A stretch of 64,000 nucleotides of DNA from the sequence record MW812339.1, one strand, 5' to 3'. Within the stretch, counting starts at the first letter, position 1, and each line of letters begins with the position of its first letter. The position numbers and the translations under genes are program-made. The notes below the pieces were generated by a model that ran no database searches, had not been told where the DNA came from, and saw only the letters and a program-made list of their open reading frames with translations. Positions 24,391 through 33,622 of this stretch are shown piece by piece.

Positions 24391-26436
24391 ATGACTTTTA
24401 TTCCACGAAACGGCGCGCCGTTGAATAACAAGCAAGGATGGCAGGATAACTCTGTCCCCGAGCTTGTGCGCACCCCTACGGGTGACGCAATTCATAAGCC
24501 GCTGATCTTCACCTTTGCCGCGCGCGGGGTAGACAACGAGGCGTTCCCGTTAACCGGGGATAATGCACTGTCTCTGCTTGGTCGCAATATCTTTGATTTG
24601 CGTGGCCCGTATGCGACGTTCAACACGCCTTATCAGGCGATGTTCAACGCCAACGGCAACGAGTGTATGTATCAGCGTCTGGTTCCGGATGATGCGAAAG
24701 TTGCAAACATCCGTGTTTTTGCTGACGTACTCGAAACGAAAGTTCCGGCCTACGAGCGAGACGATAACGGGATTGTCCAGTATGATAATACTGGCAAACC
24801 TAAGGTCAAAGAGCAGATTGACGGACTTGTAGTCGTCTTCCGTTCTGTGATTATCGATGACACTACCCCGGCGTTCGGCGCAGGCGTGGCTATCGATGGC
24901 ACGATGACAGGCGAAGGCGGCACGAAATCGAAGCTGTATCCGCTGTTCGACATCGCTGGCCCGTACGCGGGTGCTGATGTGAACGGTTTCGGTTTCAAAC
25001 TGATCCCACTCAACGAGAAATCCAGCCCGGCACTGACCTCCAGCTATCAAACGACAGTTGGCGGCCGTGTGTACACCCTCCAGTGGTTCGAAACCCTGGC
25101 TGGCGTGACTTCACCGGTAGTCTGGAAAACTCTCAACGGCATGAGCAGCATCAATTTCAGCTTTAAGCCCGATGCATACTATCAGCCGATGAAAACGCAA
25201 CTCGACTTCGATGTTATCGTTGCCGACGCGTATCGCAAGGTTCAGCCGGACATCGGACAGCTCCCGGACTACGGTCCATTCGAGCAGTTCTTCGTGTACC
25301 GCGACAACCTCGAAACAGTTCTGGGTCTGGCACAAGCCGCCATCAGCACTGACTCTCCGGCCGACCCGTATATGGTCGATCTGTTCGGCGGTACCGACCT
25401 CGTCGGTCAGCCGTACGATGGCCTGCAGGTTAACCCAGCTACCGAAACCGGTAAGATGGTGTTCTCCGCCTCCAACATTCACTACCTGCAAGGTGGTAAT
25501 GACGGTACCATGGGCGACGCGAAATACGACGAACTCGTACGTCGCGAAATGTCCCTGTTCCCGGACGGCGGTAAAGTCCGTTATGACAACGAGCTGAAAT
25601 ACTCGCTCGGTTGCTTCTGGGACTCCGGCTTTAGCTTCGACACTAAAGCTGCGTGCGTGAACTTCATTGGTCGTTCACGTAATACCTTCCTGACTCTGGC
25701 TACTCACGTCTTCGACCAAGGTCGTAACGACGAGCAGACCGAAGAAGGGGCAAAAGTTGCGCTGATCGAACTCATCACTGCGGTTCCGGAATCTGCCTAC
25801 TACGGCACTCCTGCAGCTCGCGGTATGGTAACCGGTCAGTCTGCGTTCATTAAGAACTCTTCCTACAAGAAGCCAGTTCCAATGAACTACTCCCTGGCGA
25901 ACTTCTTCTCCAAGTACCTCGGTGCTGGTGAAGGTCGTGCGAACCCGGCATATCGTTTCAGCCGTGGTGAACTGACCATCATCGAAGATTTGACTGACCT
26001 GAGTATGCCGTGGAAAGGCAATGAAGTGTACGCGTCCGACTGGGATGTGTCGCTCATCACTGCCCGCTCCTACGACTACTATCGTCTGTTCATTCCGGCG
26101 ATTCAGTCTATCTACAGCGAAGATCGTTCTGTACTGAACAATGCGCTGTTCAACTTCCTGATGACCTACGTCTATCGCGTATCTGACCGTGTTTGGGCAG
26201 ATATGTCTGGCGAAGCGTCCATGACGGATGACGAACGTGCGAAGATGGTCGAGAACAAAGTTATTGAACGACTGGAAGGTCGCCTCGATAACGTTGCGAA
26301 CGTCACTCCGCAGGCGTACTTCACCGCAGACGATAAATCCAACGGCTACTCCATTACGCTGGACTTGATCGCTGAAGGCGGTGTGCTGCTCACCCAGTTC
26401 AACACCACTATCAAAGTTTACCGTCGGGAGAGCTAA
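24391..26436 (+). CDS. Contractile tail sheath protein (phiKZ gp29-like), about 681 aa
   Basis: GGAG SD before ATG 24391; YLQGGNDG, FWDSGFS, PESAYYGTPAARG motifs; divergent from terL block and followed by tube gene. Confidence 0.88.
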   Translation: MTFIPRNGAPLNNKQGWQDNSVPELVRTPTGDAIHKPLIFTFAARGVDNEAFPLTGDNALSLLGRNIFDLRGPYATFNTPYQAMFNANGNECMYQRLVPDDAKVANIRVFADVLETKVPAYERDDNGIVQYDNTGKPKVKEQIDGLVVVFRSVIIDDTTPAFGAGVAIDGTMTGEGGTKSKLYPLFDIAGPYAGADVNGFGFKLIPLNEKSSPALTSSYQTTVGGRVYTLQWFETLAGVTSPVVWKTLNGMSSINFSFKPDAYYQPMKTQLDFDVIVADAYRKVQPDIGQLPDYGPFEQFFVYRDNLETVLGLAQAAISTDSPADPYMVDLFGGTDLVGQPYDGLQVNPATETGKMVFSASNIHYLQGGNDGTMGDAKYDELVRREMSLFPDGGKVRYDNELKYSLGCFWDSGFSFDTKAACVNFIGRSRNTFLTLATHVFDQGRNDEQTEEGAKVALIELITAVPESAYYGTPAARGMVTGQSAFIKNSSYKKPVPMNYSLANFFSKYLGAGEGRANPAYRFSRGELTIIEDLTDLSMPWKGNEVYASDWDVSLITARSYDYYRLFIPAIQSIYSEDRSVLNNALFNFLMTYVYRVSDRVWADMSGEASMTDDERAKMVENKVIERLEGRLDNVANVTPQAYFTADDKSNGYSITLDLIAEGGVLLTQFNTTIKVYRRES

Positions 26437-26439
26437 CAG

Positions 26440-27315
26440 ATGGCAATCAAAGATCGCATGATTTTGCCTGACCAGGGCCTTCACGTTGACGGTGGTAGTT
26501 ATGACATGGTCAACCCATTCGCATCGGGCCAGAACGGCCCGGTCGGACAGGTTGGTAAGTTTGTAACGAACGCCCACCGTCTGCGTCGTAACGTCATTGC
26601 GCGCGTCATGGAATTCCCTCGTTGGGTGGATTACATGCCGAACCCGCAGATGTGGCGTCAGGCTATCAAGTCCTTTATCGAGGTTCACACCACGATTACT
26701 GGTCTGGATAAAACCCTGAACCACGAAGCCGTGCAAACGCAGCAGGGTCGTAACAACCGCGTCCAGTATGAAGCTGGCCTGGTAACGGAAGCTATCTCTT
26801 CTGTTACTCACACCTCTCCGGATAAACTCGGTAAGGTGTACCAGAACATGCTGTGGGCGTGGCTCGTATACGGTGTTTGTGATCCGCAGACTGGTCACCC
26901 AGGCCTGGCGGCTATCAACCCGAACGTGCCTGACCACCTGCCAGACATGTACAGCATGACCGTGCTGTATATGGAACCAGATGCGTATCAGCGTAAACCG
27001 CAGAGCGCCTGGTGGCTCACCAACATGATTCCTGAAACCTCTGGCCAGGATATCGGTGAGCGTGACCCGAACACCGGTCCTCAGACTAACGAACTGTCCA
27101 TCACCTTCACCTCCCAGCAATGGACAGGTTGGGGTCCGATGCAGGCCGCTGAGAAAGAGCTGCAACGTATGAAGCTGTACGGTCTGCGTCCTTACGAACG
27201 CAAACTGTGGCTGACTCCGTCTCAGCAGACCGATGGTATCAACCCGGACGTCAATGCGACTCCTGGTGGTTACAATTCGGTGTCCGACGAGCAGATGGCC
27301 AACCAGCTGCGCTAA
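26440..27315 (+). CDS. Tail tube protein (phiKZ gp30-like), 291 aa
   Basis: Directly after sheath; WWLTNMIPETSG and ELSITF motifs. Confidence 0.82.
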   Translation: MAIKDRMILPDQGLHVDGGSYDMVNPFASGQNGPVGQVGKFVTNAHRLRRNVIARVMEFPRWVDYMPNPQMWRQAIKSFIEVHTTITGLDKTLNHEAVQTQQGRNNRVQYEAGLVTEAISSVTHTSPDKLGKVYQNMLWAWLVYGVCDPQTGHPGLAAINPNVPDHLPDMYSMTVLYMEPDAYQRKPQSAWWLTNMIPETSGQDIGERDPNTGPQTNELSITFTSQQWTGWGPMQAAEKELQRMKLYGLRPYERKLWLTPSQQTDGINPDVNATPGGYNSVSDEQMANQLR

Positions 27316-27336
27316 GGCAAAAAAAAAACAAGACGT

Positions 27337-27362
27337 TACCTCTCTCCTTTCGGAGAGAGGTA
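27337..27362. terminator. Bidirectional terminator
   Basis: TACCTCTCTCC/GGAGAGAGGTA stem, A-run left and T-run right. Confidence 0.85.
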
Positions 27363-27367
27363 CGTTT

Positions 27368-27985
27368 TTATTTTTTCTGTGGTTGTTGAGGCGGTTGTGG
27401 ATGTTTCTTTTCGTTCGTCCCCACAGCATTCTGCGCAGCGGCACGGATGACCATGTTCTTGATTTGCATCATCAGCAGGTAAGTTGTCAGGATGTCGTAC
27501 GTTGACGGTGGTTTAACATCTCCGAGATTTGGATACGCAACACTCCACAGGGTAAGCGGTGGATTATAGCCTTTCCCACTCTCTGCAGCAATAACATCGT
27601 TATCGGACATGGTGATCAGTTCTTTTTCTAATGCAGACAACACATCATCACCTAACTCAATCAGCAGCAGATTCTTAAAGCGGATGATAAAGCCCGCGAT
27701 GATTGCACCTGATGTCCCTTTGGTGATGCTGTCGAGGAAACGTTGATAACCGTTGATGGTGTGCGGGATGATCTCCGCAGGGAACTCAGCGGTGCCCTTG
27801 AACGAAGTTTCGTCCAGATGGTCGCTTAATGCTAACGTGAACACGTCGCCTATCTGATTAATCAGACGAACGATTTCTTCACGGTGCATTTGGGTAGTCA
27901 ATAAGAAGCCACCCTTAGGCCCACCTTTCGGATTGGTAGGGTCTTGGGAAGCGGGAACGTTGAGTAACGGATTGTTATCGGCCAT
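27368..27985 (-). CDS. Hypothetical protein, 205 aa
   Basis: GGAG SD; ends at terminator. Confidence 0.7.
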   Translation of the reverse strand: MADNNPLLNVPASQDPTNPKGGPKGGFLLTTQMHREEIVRLINQIGDVFTLALSDHLDETSFKGTAEFPAEIIPHTINGYQRFLDSITKGTSGAIIAGFIIRFKNLLLIELGDDVLSALEKELITMSDNDVIAAESGKGYNPPLTLWSVAYPNLGDVKPPSTYDILTTYLLMMQIKNMVIRAAAQNAVGTNEKKHPQPPQQPQKK

Positions 27986-28014
27986 TTTCTAGCTCCAGAA
28001 ACAAAAAAAAATAA

Positions 28015-28032
28015 GGCGGTCATAAGACCGCC
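28015..28032 (-). terminator. Rho-independent terminator
   Basis: GGCGGTC/GACCGCC stem, U-run on minus strand. Confidence 0.75.
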
Positions 28033-28054
28033 CTGATGTTTAATTTACAGACGA

Positions 28055-28543
28055 TTATTCTTCGTCTTCGTCATCTTCGTCAGACGCCATCATGTCTTTG
28101 GCGAAGTCGCGACGCAGTTTGCCTTCCAGCGCCTTAGATTTCGGCGTACCGAAACCGTAAGAGATGGACGCTGCCCATTCTTTCTGAGTTGGGTTTTCCG
28201 TTACCGGGCGAGAGAACACAGTCGAGAACGATGCATTACCGATATCCAGAGTCAGGTCGAGTGCTGCGATGTCCTTGTTGTCTTTCGCAGCACCCAGGAT
28301 GAGACCATTGGCCACACCACCGAACAGCTCACCGAAGTTCGCATCATGCTGACGCAGTGCATCGGCATCTTCCAGCGTGAAGCGATAGTCCACATCGCCG
28401 ACTTTGGTGGTCGGTAAGGTTTCGGTGTACAGCTTGATCATTGGCTCTGCTTTCAGCGCCATATCCTCAGCCAATACCGCTGGTGCTTCTTCCAGCTCGG
28501 CCAGGATTTTGTTCAGCTGTTTCATTGAGGTTACTTCTGCCAT
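28055..28543 (-). CDS. Hypothetical protein, 162 aa, acidic C-terminus
   Basis: AAGGA SD; strongly biased codons suggest high expression. Confidence 0.75.
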   Translation of the reverse strand: MAEVTSMKQLNKILAELEEAPAVLAEDMALKAEPMIKLYTETLPTTKVGDVDYRFTLEDADALRQHDANFGELFGGVANGLILGAAKDNKDIAALDLTLDIGNASFSTVFSRPVTENPTQKEWAASISYGFGTPKSKALEGKLRRDFAKDMMASDEDDEDEE

Positions 28544-28575
28544 TTTTAGTATTCCTTAAGGTTTATTGAGATTTC

Positions 28576-29247
28576 TCATGAGAGACGACTTTCGAGGTCG
28601 TCGATAATTTCTCTCGTAAAGTAATCGGTATCTAACTGCTCTACGAAATCGCGACGCTCCAGAATACGTTCTGCGAACATAACGTTATACCATTCTGGGA
28701 CGTTGCTTTTTCCATTTCTGCCAAACTTGTCTTGCACATGACGAATGGCGTGGAATTTGGAATCGGTGATGTTCTTGTTGTGCTCGCGTGCGAACAGGTA
28801 AGAACGATGCATGTAGTTCGTGACATCATCCACAGACGGGATGCCGCGATCTGCAGCAGCGACAATCTCCGACACGATACCGTTGTAGTTACCTTTGTGG
28901 GAGCTACGATGTTCCAGTACCGCATGGGCAATCGTCAGACAATCTTCATCGGTCAGTTTGTACTTACGTTTCAGCACCGGCTTGTTATCCAGTACCCAGT
29001 TATACGCCTTGATGTGGTGCGATGCGCGGTCTTCTTTGGTGGAGAAGATGTCGTGTGCGGCAATCGCAATCAGCGCCAACTTCAGGTGTTCCGGTTTACC
29101 CAGCATGTAAGCGATGCGTATTGCATTCGACTTCACAGCCTGGATGTGGTCGATACGGTGAGCCGCATCCGTGTAGTAGTAAAAGTCACGGAATTGACGC
29201 AACAGTTTTTCCCACAGTGTATTAATTTCGGTGCCCTGCATGAACAA
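28576..29247 (-). CDS. HD-domain phosphohydrolase
   Basis: H..H (AAHRIDH), HD (AAHDIF), EH, and AADR motifs in canonical order. Confidence 0.85.
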   Translation of the reverse strand: MFMQGTEINTLWEKLLRQFRDFYYYTDAAHRIDHIQAVKSNAIRIAYMLGKPEHLKLALIAIAAHDIFSTKEDRASHHIKAYNWVLDNKPVLKRKYKLTDEDCLTIAHAVLEHRSSHKGNYNGIVSEIVAAADRGIPSVDDVTNYMHRSYLFAREHNKNITDSKFHAIRHVQDKFGRNGKSNVPEWYNVMFAERILERRDFVEQLDTDYFTREIIDDLESRLS

Positions 29248-29271
29248 TCCTCACTTTAAATGGTCGAGTAA

Positions 29272-29670
29272 CTACTTAGAAAACGTGAAATAACAACGAG
29301 TTAGCGTGATGCGTACATCTTGCGCTGCGGTGTTGGTGTTGTGTAGCGTAGGCCAGATGATGTTGTCCTTGGCTAACACAGCCGCTAGAGCTTCTACTAG
29401 CTCAGGTAGCGTTTTGCCTTTGAGAGTGTGTTCACTCCGCCAGGACTTGGAACAGAGGCGAGACAGTACCACGAGCTGTGGGTCGAATTTGTTCGACATC
29501 TCTTTCTGTTCCTGAATGCGTTCTTCTTCACTGACGATGTACGCCTTTAGTGCTTCCGGGTCTCTGACGAGCGTCGGGAATTTCTCATCCCGACGCAACA
29601 TGCAAAGCGTCCACAATGTGAACGGGTCGCGACACATCTCAGTAAGCTCAGATGGTACCTTCATCGACAA
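29272..29670 (-). CDS. Hypothetical protein, 132 aa (paralog of 29648..30058)
   Basis: Shares E-x-C-R-D-P-F-T N-terminal motif. Confidence 0.7.
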   Translation of the reverse strand: MSMKVPSELTEMCRDPFTLWTLCMLRRDEKFPTLVRDPEALKAYIVSEEERIQEQKEMSNKFDPQLVVLSRLCSKSWRSEHTLKGKTLPELVEALAAVLAKDNIIWPTLHNTNTAAQDVRITLTRCYFTFSK

Positions 29671-30058
29671 GCTCCGTCAATTTCTTGGTTGCCCCATCGA
29701 ACATCTCTTTAAGAGTGAGAAGTTCTTCGCCATCACCCAACAACGCTTTCATGTGCTGGTCTTCGGTAATGAGATTGCCGAGACGATAACTCAACTGGGC
29801 GATGGTGCCTGGTAATGGATTGCGTTCACGCCACGCTTCATCGGTTAATAGTTCGATGAAAATGGCACCGTCGGCGTTACCGATTTCGACTGCCAGATTT
29901 TCAGCGCGCGCAGCCTGTAAGCGTTTATCACGCTCACTGACCAAATAGTCTTCGTCTGTCAACAGACGGATTAAATCCGGTTCGTTGCTTTCTGCTTTGG
30001 ATGCGACAAGGAACATTGTGAACGGGTCACGGCATAGTTCTAAAATACTTGATTTCAT
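29648..30058 (-). CDS. Hypothetical protein, 136 aa
   Basis: AAGGAG SD; ELCRDPFT motif. Confidence 0.7.
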   Translation of the reverse strand: MKSSILELCRDPFTMFLVASKAESNEPDLIRLLTDEDYLVSERDKRLQAARAENLAVEIGNADGAIFIELLTDEAWRERNPLPGTIAQLSYRLGNLITEDQHMKALLGDGEELLTLKEMFDGATKKLTELVDEGTI

Positions 30059-30165
30059 TATAAATTCTCCTTACGGGTTAATAGTCGGTTAAGAGATTAA
30101 CATTGTAATCTCACTTAAGTAAAATATATCTGTGATATTTTGGAATGGGATCGAAAAGAAAAACG

Positions 30166-30196
30166 GGGTAGTCCTATCCGAAGATGAGGACTACCC
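30166..30196 (-). terminator. Rho-independent terminator
   Basis: GGGTAGTCCT/AGGACTACCC stem with UUCG-capped extension. Confidence 0.7.
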
Positions 30197-30205
30197 TAGT
30201 ACAGT

Positions 30206-30754
30206 CTAGATCTGCAGTAGTGTGCCCGAGTGTGATATCGGGTCGTTATAGAAGGCTTCACATTGAAGACAGATAGCTTCAATCTTCGGTTCTTCAGTAC
30301 GCGACCAAATCGCGCCACCACCTTGCAGAATCCATTCACGACAGTTACGACCATAATCGTCGACAAGCAAATTCCCCCGTGAGGCGTACGATGCTTTCTG
30401 CCCTGAGTTCTCAGTGACAATTACCTTGTCAGCTGGTACCCCAAAGTGTTTCAAGAACCAACGTTGTTTCGAATCTACTACGAGCTGATGATCGTAATGA
30501 TCTTCAGACCCAGAAGTCAAAATCGCCCAACTGTCGCACAGTCTATCGACCGTTTCCAGAATACGCTGCACACCCTCGATTGGCTCGAGTTTGTAGAACA
30601 GGTCTGGGTCACGCTGATACATCTCGCGTGTCAGACTACGACGCCGCAGTTCAGGTATTGCATTGAACTGCTTAATCGTCATTCCTGGAAAATGAGTTGA
30701 CAGAACATACTTGCGCCAGCGGGCAAACACGCCATCGCTATCCAGATAAAACAT
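30206..30754 (-). CDS. HAD-family 5'(3')-deoxyribonucleotidase (NT5C-like)
   Basis: FYLDSDGVF (DxD), KQRW, QKA, LLVDD motifs. Confidence 0.82.
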   Translation of the reverse strand: MFYLDSDGVFARWRKYVLSTHFPGMTIKQFNAIPELRRRSLTREMYQRDPDLFYKLEPIEGVQRILETVDRLCDSWAILTSGSEDHYDHQLVVDSKQRWFLKHFGVPADKVIVTENSGQKASYASRGNLLVDDYGRNCREWILQGGGAIWSRTEEPKIEAICLQCEAFYNDPISHSGTLLQI

Positions 30755-30805
30755 TTTCTATTCCTTAGAGTTCCCCAACACATGAAAAGAGCTTCATGTA
30801 AAAAA

Positions 30806-31105
30806 TTACATCTGTTTAATAGACATGCTAAAACGGTAGGGCTCAGTGAGCAAGAAATACGTACGGCTGTAGTCAATCGTGACACTCGCTTCTTTGAGGT
30901 CACAATAGAACTGCGCGATATCCTGCGAATGGATACCTGCAACGACATTGTTAATTTTGCGCTTCGTATCGAACCGACCCGCAAGAATCTCGGCAAGCAC
31001 TTCCTTACCAGCCCTTCCTTGGATGGCGTAGATCGCTAACGCTTTCAGTTCTTCCGGCGTCAATGTTCTAAGGGTCGGAGGTATTGCGATGTTAACGACC
31101 TTCAT
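30806..31105 (-). CDS. Hypothetical protein, about 99 aa
   Basis: GGGGGA SD before ATG 31105. Confidence 0.6.
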   Translation of the reverse strand: MKVVNIAIPPTLRTLTPEELKALAIYAIQGRAGKEVLAEILAGRFDTKRKINNVVAGIHSQDIAQFYCDLKEASVTIDYSRTYFLLTEPYRFSMSIKQM

Positions 31106-31156
31106 GCTTCCCCCTAATGCGGTTGATTGTGATTTGCAGACCACGAACCACCAACA

Positions 31157-31786
31157 CTACGGTGAAACGACGTATTCGTTAAGTGCGTTATCAAACCCAG
31201 TGCGCGGTGTCTCCACCGCATCGGAGACTTTCACTTCCCCACTCTCCCAGTCGATGCTAACCTGCAGCCGATAGAACTGGTCGGCTTTCAGCAACTGACT
31301 TGTGGATAAACGAATGTCTTGACCGAAGCAAAGATGATAAATGAAGATATGGCCTTCACCCCGCAATTCCGACAGGCGCATCTCACCCAAGTAAATAGGC
31401 TTGATATCCCAGTTGGACATACGGTGCGGGACAATCCATACTTCACCCGCCCGATTCGGTTCCTCAGTGAGGGAAACCGAAGGCTGCACCACTGCACGTT
31501 CGTGGAAGCCGTACAGATACAACCGAGTCGGAATCTCGATTGCTGAGAAGTTGTGACGTGCCCCTTTGATACAGCGCTCTAAATCGACCGAGCAGCAAAT
31601 ACGAGGAACAGTCTTATCTTCATCCGGTGCAGCAGAAAGTGGGATACGGGGTGAGAACGCCGGTATCTTACACTTGCTCAAATGAAGCGGTTGGTCATTC
31701 AGCATCCGCAGAGTCATCTTTTTAGCGACTCGCGGCATTTGCCGTTCTGCCCAACGCTCTAATGACGGGTCGAGTGTGTCGGCCAT
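31157..31786 (-). CDS. Conserved jumbo-phage protein, 209 aa
   Basis: Coupled to protease; EDKTVPRICCS motif and GEVW. Confidence 0.7.
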   Translation of the reverse strand: MADTLDPSLERWAERQMPRVAKKMTLRMLNDQPLHLSKCKIPAFSPRIPLSAAPDEDKTVPRICCSVDLERCIKGARHNFSAIEIPTRLYLYGFHERAVVQPSVSLTEEPNRAGEVWIVPHRMSNWDIKPIYLGEMRLSELRGEGHIFIYHLCFGQDIRLSTSQLLKADQFYRLQVSIDWESGEVKVSDAVETPRTGFDNALNEYVVSP

Positions 31787-32590
31787 TTACCAGCTCCCTT
31801 TCCCCAGTCCCATGACACGCAGGTTGGAGACTCTCGGGGCCAGGTGCAGGTACTCCTGTGCAATTGCTTGCAGAGCACCGCGACGAGACTCGGTAGCGAC
31901 CGCGCTGGTTGCTTTCGGGTTGTAGATGATGTCTTCCAGCACCTCACGACTGATTGGACGGTCGATGTAAGTACGGGTAGATTCTTGTGCGACTTTACTA
32001 CCGCGCTGGATGGCGGAGTATTTGTTGCAAATCTGCAGACCGTCTTCGATAACCCAGTCAAAGGTTACCAGTTTGTCGATGCGACGAACGACCATCCCAC
32101 CTAGACGCCCTTCACGAACAATGGCACGCAGAGAGAAGCACACGTTTTGATGTGGGTTCTCCAGTGCTTCCGCTAACAGCGGACCACGTTCACGGTTAGG
32201 CTTCACCCAACCCCAGATTTCCATTACCGGCAGACCGTTGCACGTCTGGTCAGTCGGCTTGACCTCCACTTCACGAATATGCATACACACATTCTTAGTT
32301 TCGATCCATTCGTTACGTTCGATCCACTGAGCCTCGCTCATGCCTTGCTCGTACGGAGGGTGGTCTTCTTCACCGAAGAGATTACCCGCCTGCACTTTGC
32401 GCATGAACACATTGGAGCGCTCAAAGACGTGCTTTGATTCGTTATAGGCGTAGTAGATATTCTCAGAGTTGAAAATATTCAGTGCGCCTAACAGGACGTA
32501 GTAATAACCGTCCGCATCTTTTTGCAGCGTTGCCCCTTTGTTGACCCCAGCGAGTGCCACGCAGTTATAGCGTAGTGACATGTTTTCCAT
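31787..32590 (-). CDS. Prohead protease (phiKZ gp175/T4 gp21-like)
   Basis: LFGEEDHP (catalytic His), FSLR (catalytic Ser region), TFDWV; C-terminal AQE-S and ATE-S candidate autocleavage sites. Confidence 0.85.
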   Translation of the reverse strand: MENMSLRYNCVALAGVNKGATLQKDADGYYYVLLGALNIFNSENIYYAYNESKHVFERSNVFMRKVQAGNLFGEEDHPPYEQGMSEAQWIERNEWIETKNVCMHIREVEVKPTDQTCNGLPVMEIWGWVKPNRERGPLLAEALENPHQNVCFSLRAIVREGRLGGMVVRRIDKLVTFDWVIEDGLQICNKYSAIQRGSKVAQESTRTYIDRPISREVLEDIIYNPKATSAVATESRRGALQAIAQEYLHLAPRVSNLRVMGLGKGSW

Positions 32591-32608
32591 TGGTTTCCCC
32601 AGTTTGTT

Positions 32609-32878
32609 TTAACACCAGTGAATGCCGTTATCGCGAATCCAGTAATGCGACTTGCAAGGTATTTGATAACTCCCAATCGATGGAGACAGGGAAACCACTC
32701 CCTCCTGGTTCGTCATCTTCCATTGGGTTGGACCCAACGGCGTTACCACCTCAATTCCGCAGCCACACGCACACAAGTGAATGGCGGTGTTATAGCGAGT
32801 CGAGACGTAAAGTATCCCTTCGCGTAAGTCGCGCGGGATAACCTCCACAAATTGCGGTTTCATCATCGTTAACGGCAT
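32609..32878 (-). CDS. DUF6527-family small Cys/His metal-binding protein
   Basis: FVE.IP..L.EG.LYVS..Y.TAIHLCACGCG.EVVTPL.P..W...VSL.PSIG....PC.SHYWIR matches the DUF6527 pattern across its full length. Confidence 0.82.
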   Translation of the reverse strand: MPLTMMKPQFVEVIPRDLREGILYVSTRYNTAIHLCACGCGIEVVTPLGPTQWKMTNQEGVVSLSPSIGSYQIPCKSHYWIRDNGIHWC

Positions 32879-32883
32879 ACCGG

Positions 32884-33606
32884 TTACCTCATAAACAGAT
32901 CTTCAAGCGGCTCGGCACGTACGGGGTCGACTTGCAACGCAGAGCGGATACCCTGTTTGAGTTCCACGTCCGCCAGTTTCGCCAACCGAGACGTTTTGTT
33001 GAGTGAACCACTGCGCAGTGGAATGAACTGCACACGATTCATCAAATCACTGTCTTTCTTCAAGGTGTAACGGAAGTACGAGCGAGGGTCGCCTAACTTA
33101 CGCTGCGTGTGGGCAGCGTAACAGTCGGCGGTAATCTGGTCGGCGAAGACCTGGAAACCGTTCCACGTTTTCGTTTCAGACAACAGCTCAGCATCGTCTA
33201 TTGCCGTGAACCAGAACGGACGATTCCCGAAGTCGTAGATGTACGACGCGATGTTGTACACCGGACCAGACAGAACCTGCAGCTGACGGTTAGGGAACAC
33301 AACCGTGCCGGGGTCGAATCGGAACTCGTAGTACGGCTCACCATGAATGTCGACTTCCTCAAACGCAGACGGGGTAATTTCGATAAACGTTGTCACGTTC
33401 GAAACCCCGTAGGTTTTGCGGTCAGTGGAGATAGCAAACAGGCCCACGATTTCCACCTGAGAAGAAATCACCGCCAGCTCTTTAGCCACGAAGCCAACGG
33501 GGATGTAAATGTAACACCCCCCTTTGGTGAGAGTGGCCGTGCCTTGGTCCACTAAATCGGCATGAATTTTCGTCGGGTCACGACGAGCAGTTTCAATGGC
33601 GCTCAC
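32884..33606 (-). CDS. Virion protein, probable small virion RNA polymerase subunit (phiKZ gp176-like)
   Basis: Position between protease and vRNAP genes; RNAP role recalled from SPN3US gp244, not verifiable here; GTG start with AGAGAGG SD. Confidence 0.5.
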   Translation of the reverse strand: MSAIETARRDPTKIHADLVDQGTATLTKGGCYIYIPVGFVAKELAVISSQVEIVGLFAISTDRKTYGVSNVTTFIEITPSAFEEVDIHGEPYYEFRFDPGTVVFPNRQLQVLSGPVYNIASYIYDFGNRPFWFTAIDDAELLSETKTWNGFQVFADQITADCYAAHTQRKLGDPRSYFRYTLKKDSDLMNRVQFIPLRSGSLNKTSRLAKLADVELKQGIRSALQVDPVRAEPLEDLFMR

Positions 33607-33622
33607 GACCACCTCTCTTTAG

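Noticed and set aside
25675-27444. 589-aa minus-strand ORF
   Set aside because: Antisense shadow of the codon-biased sheath and tube genes; crosses their terminator, has no SD, and reads as non-protein-like
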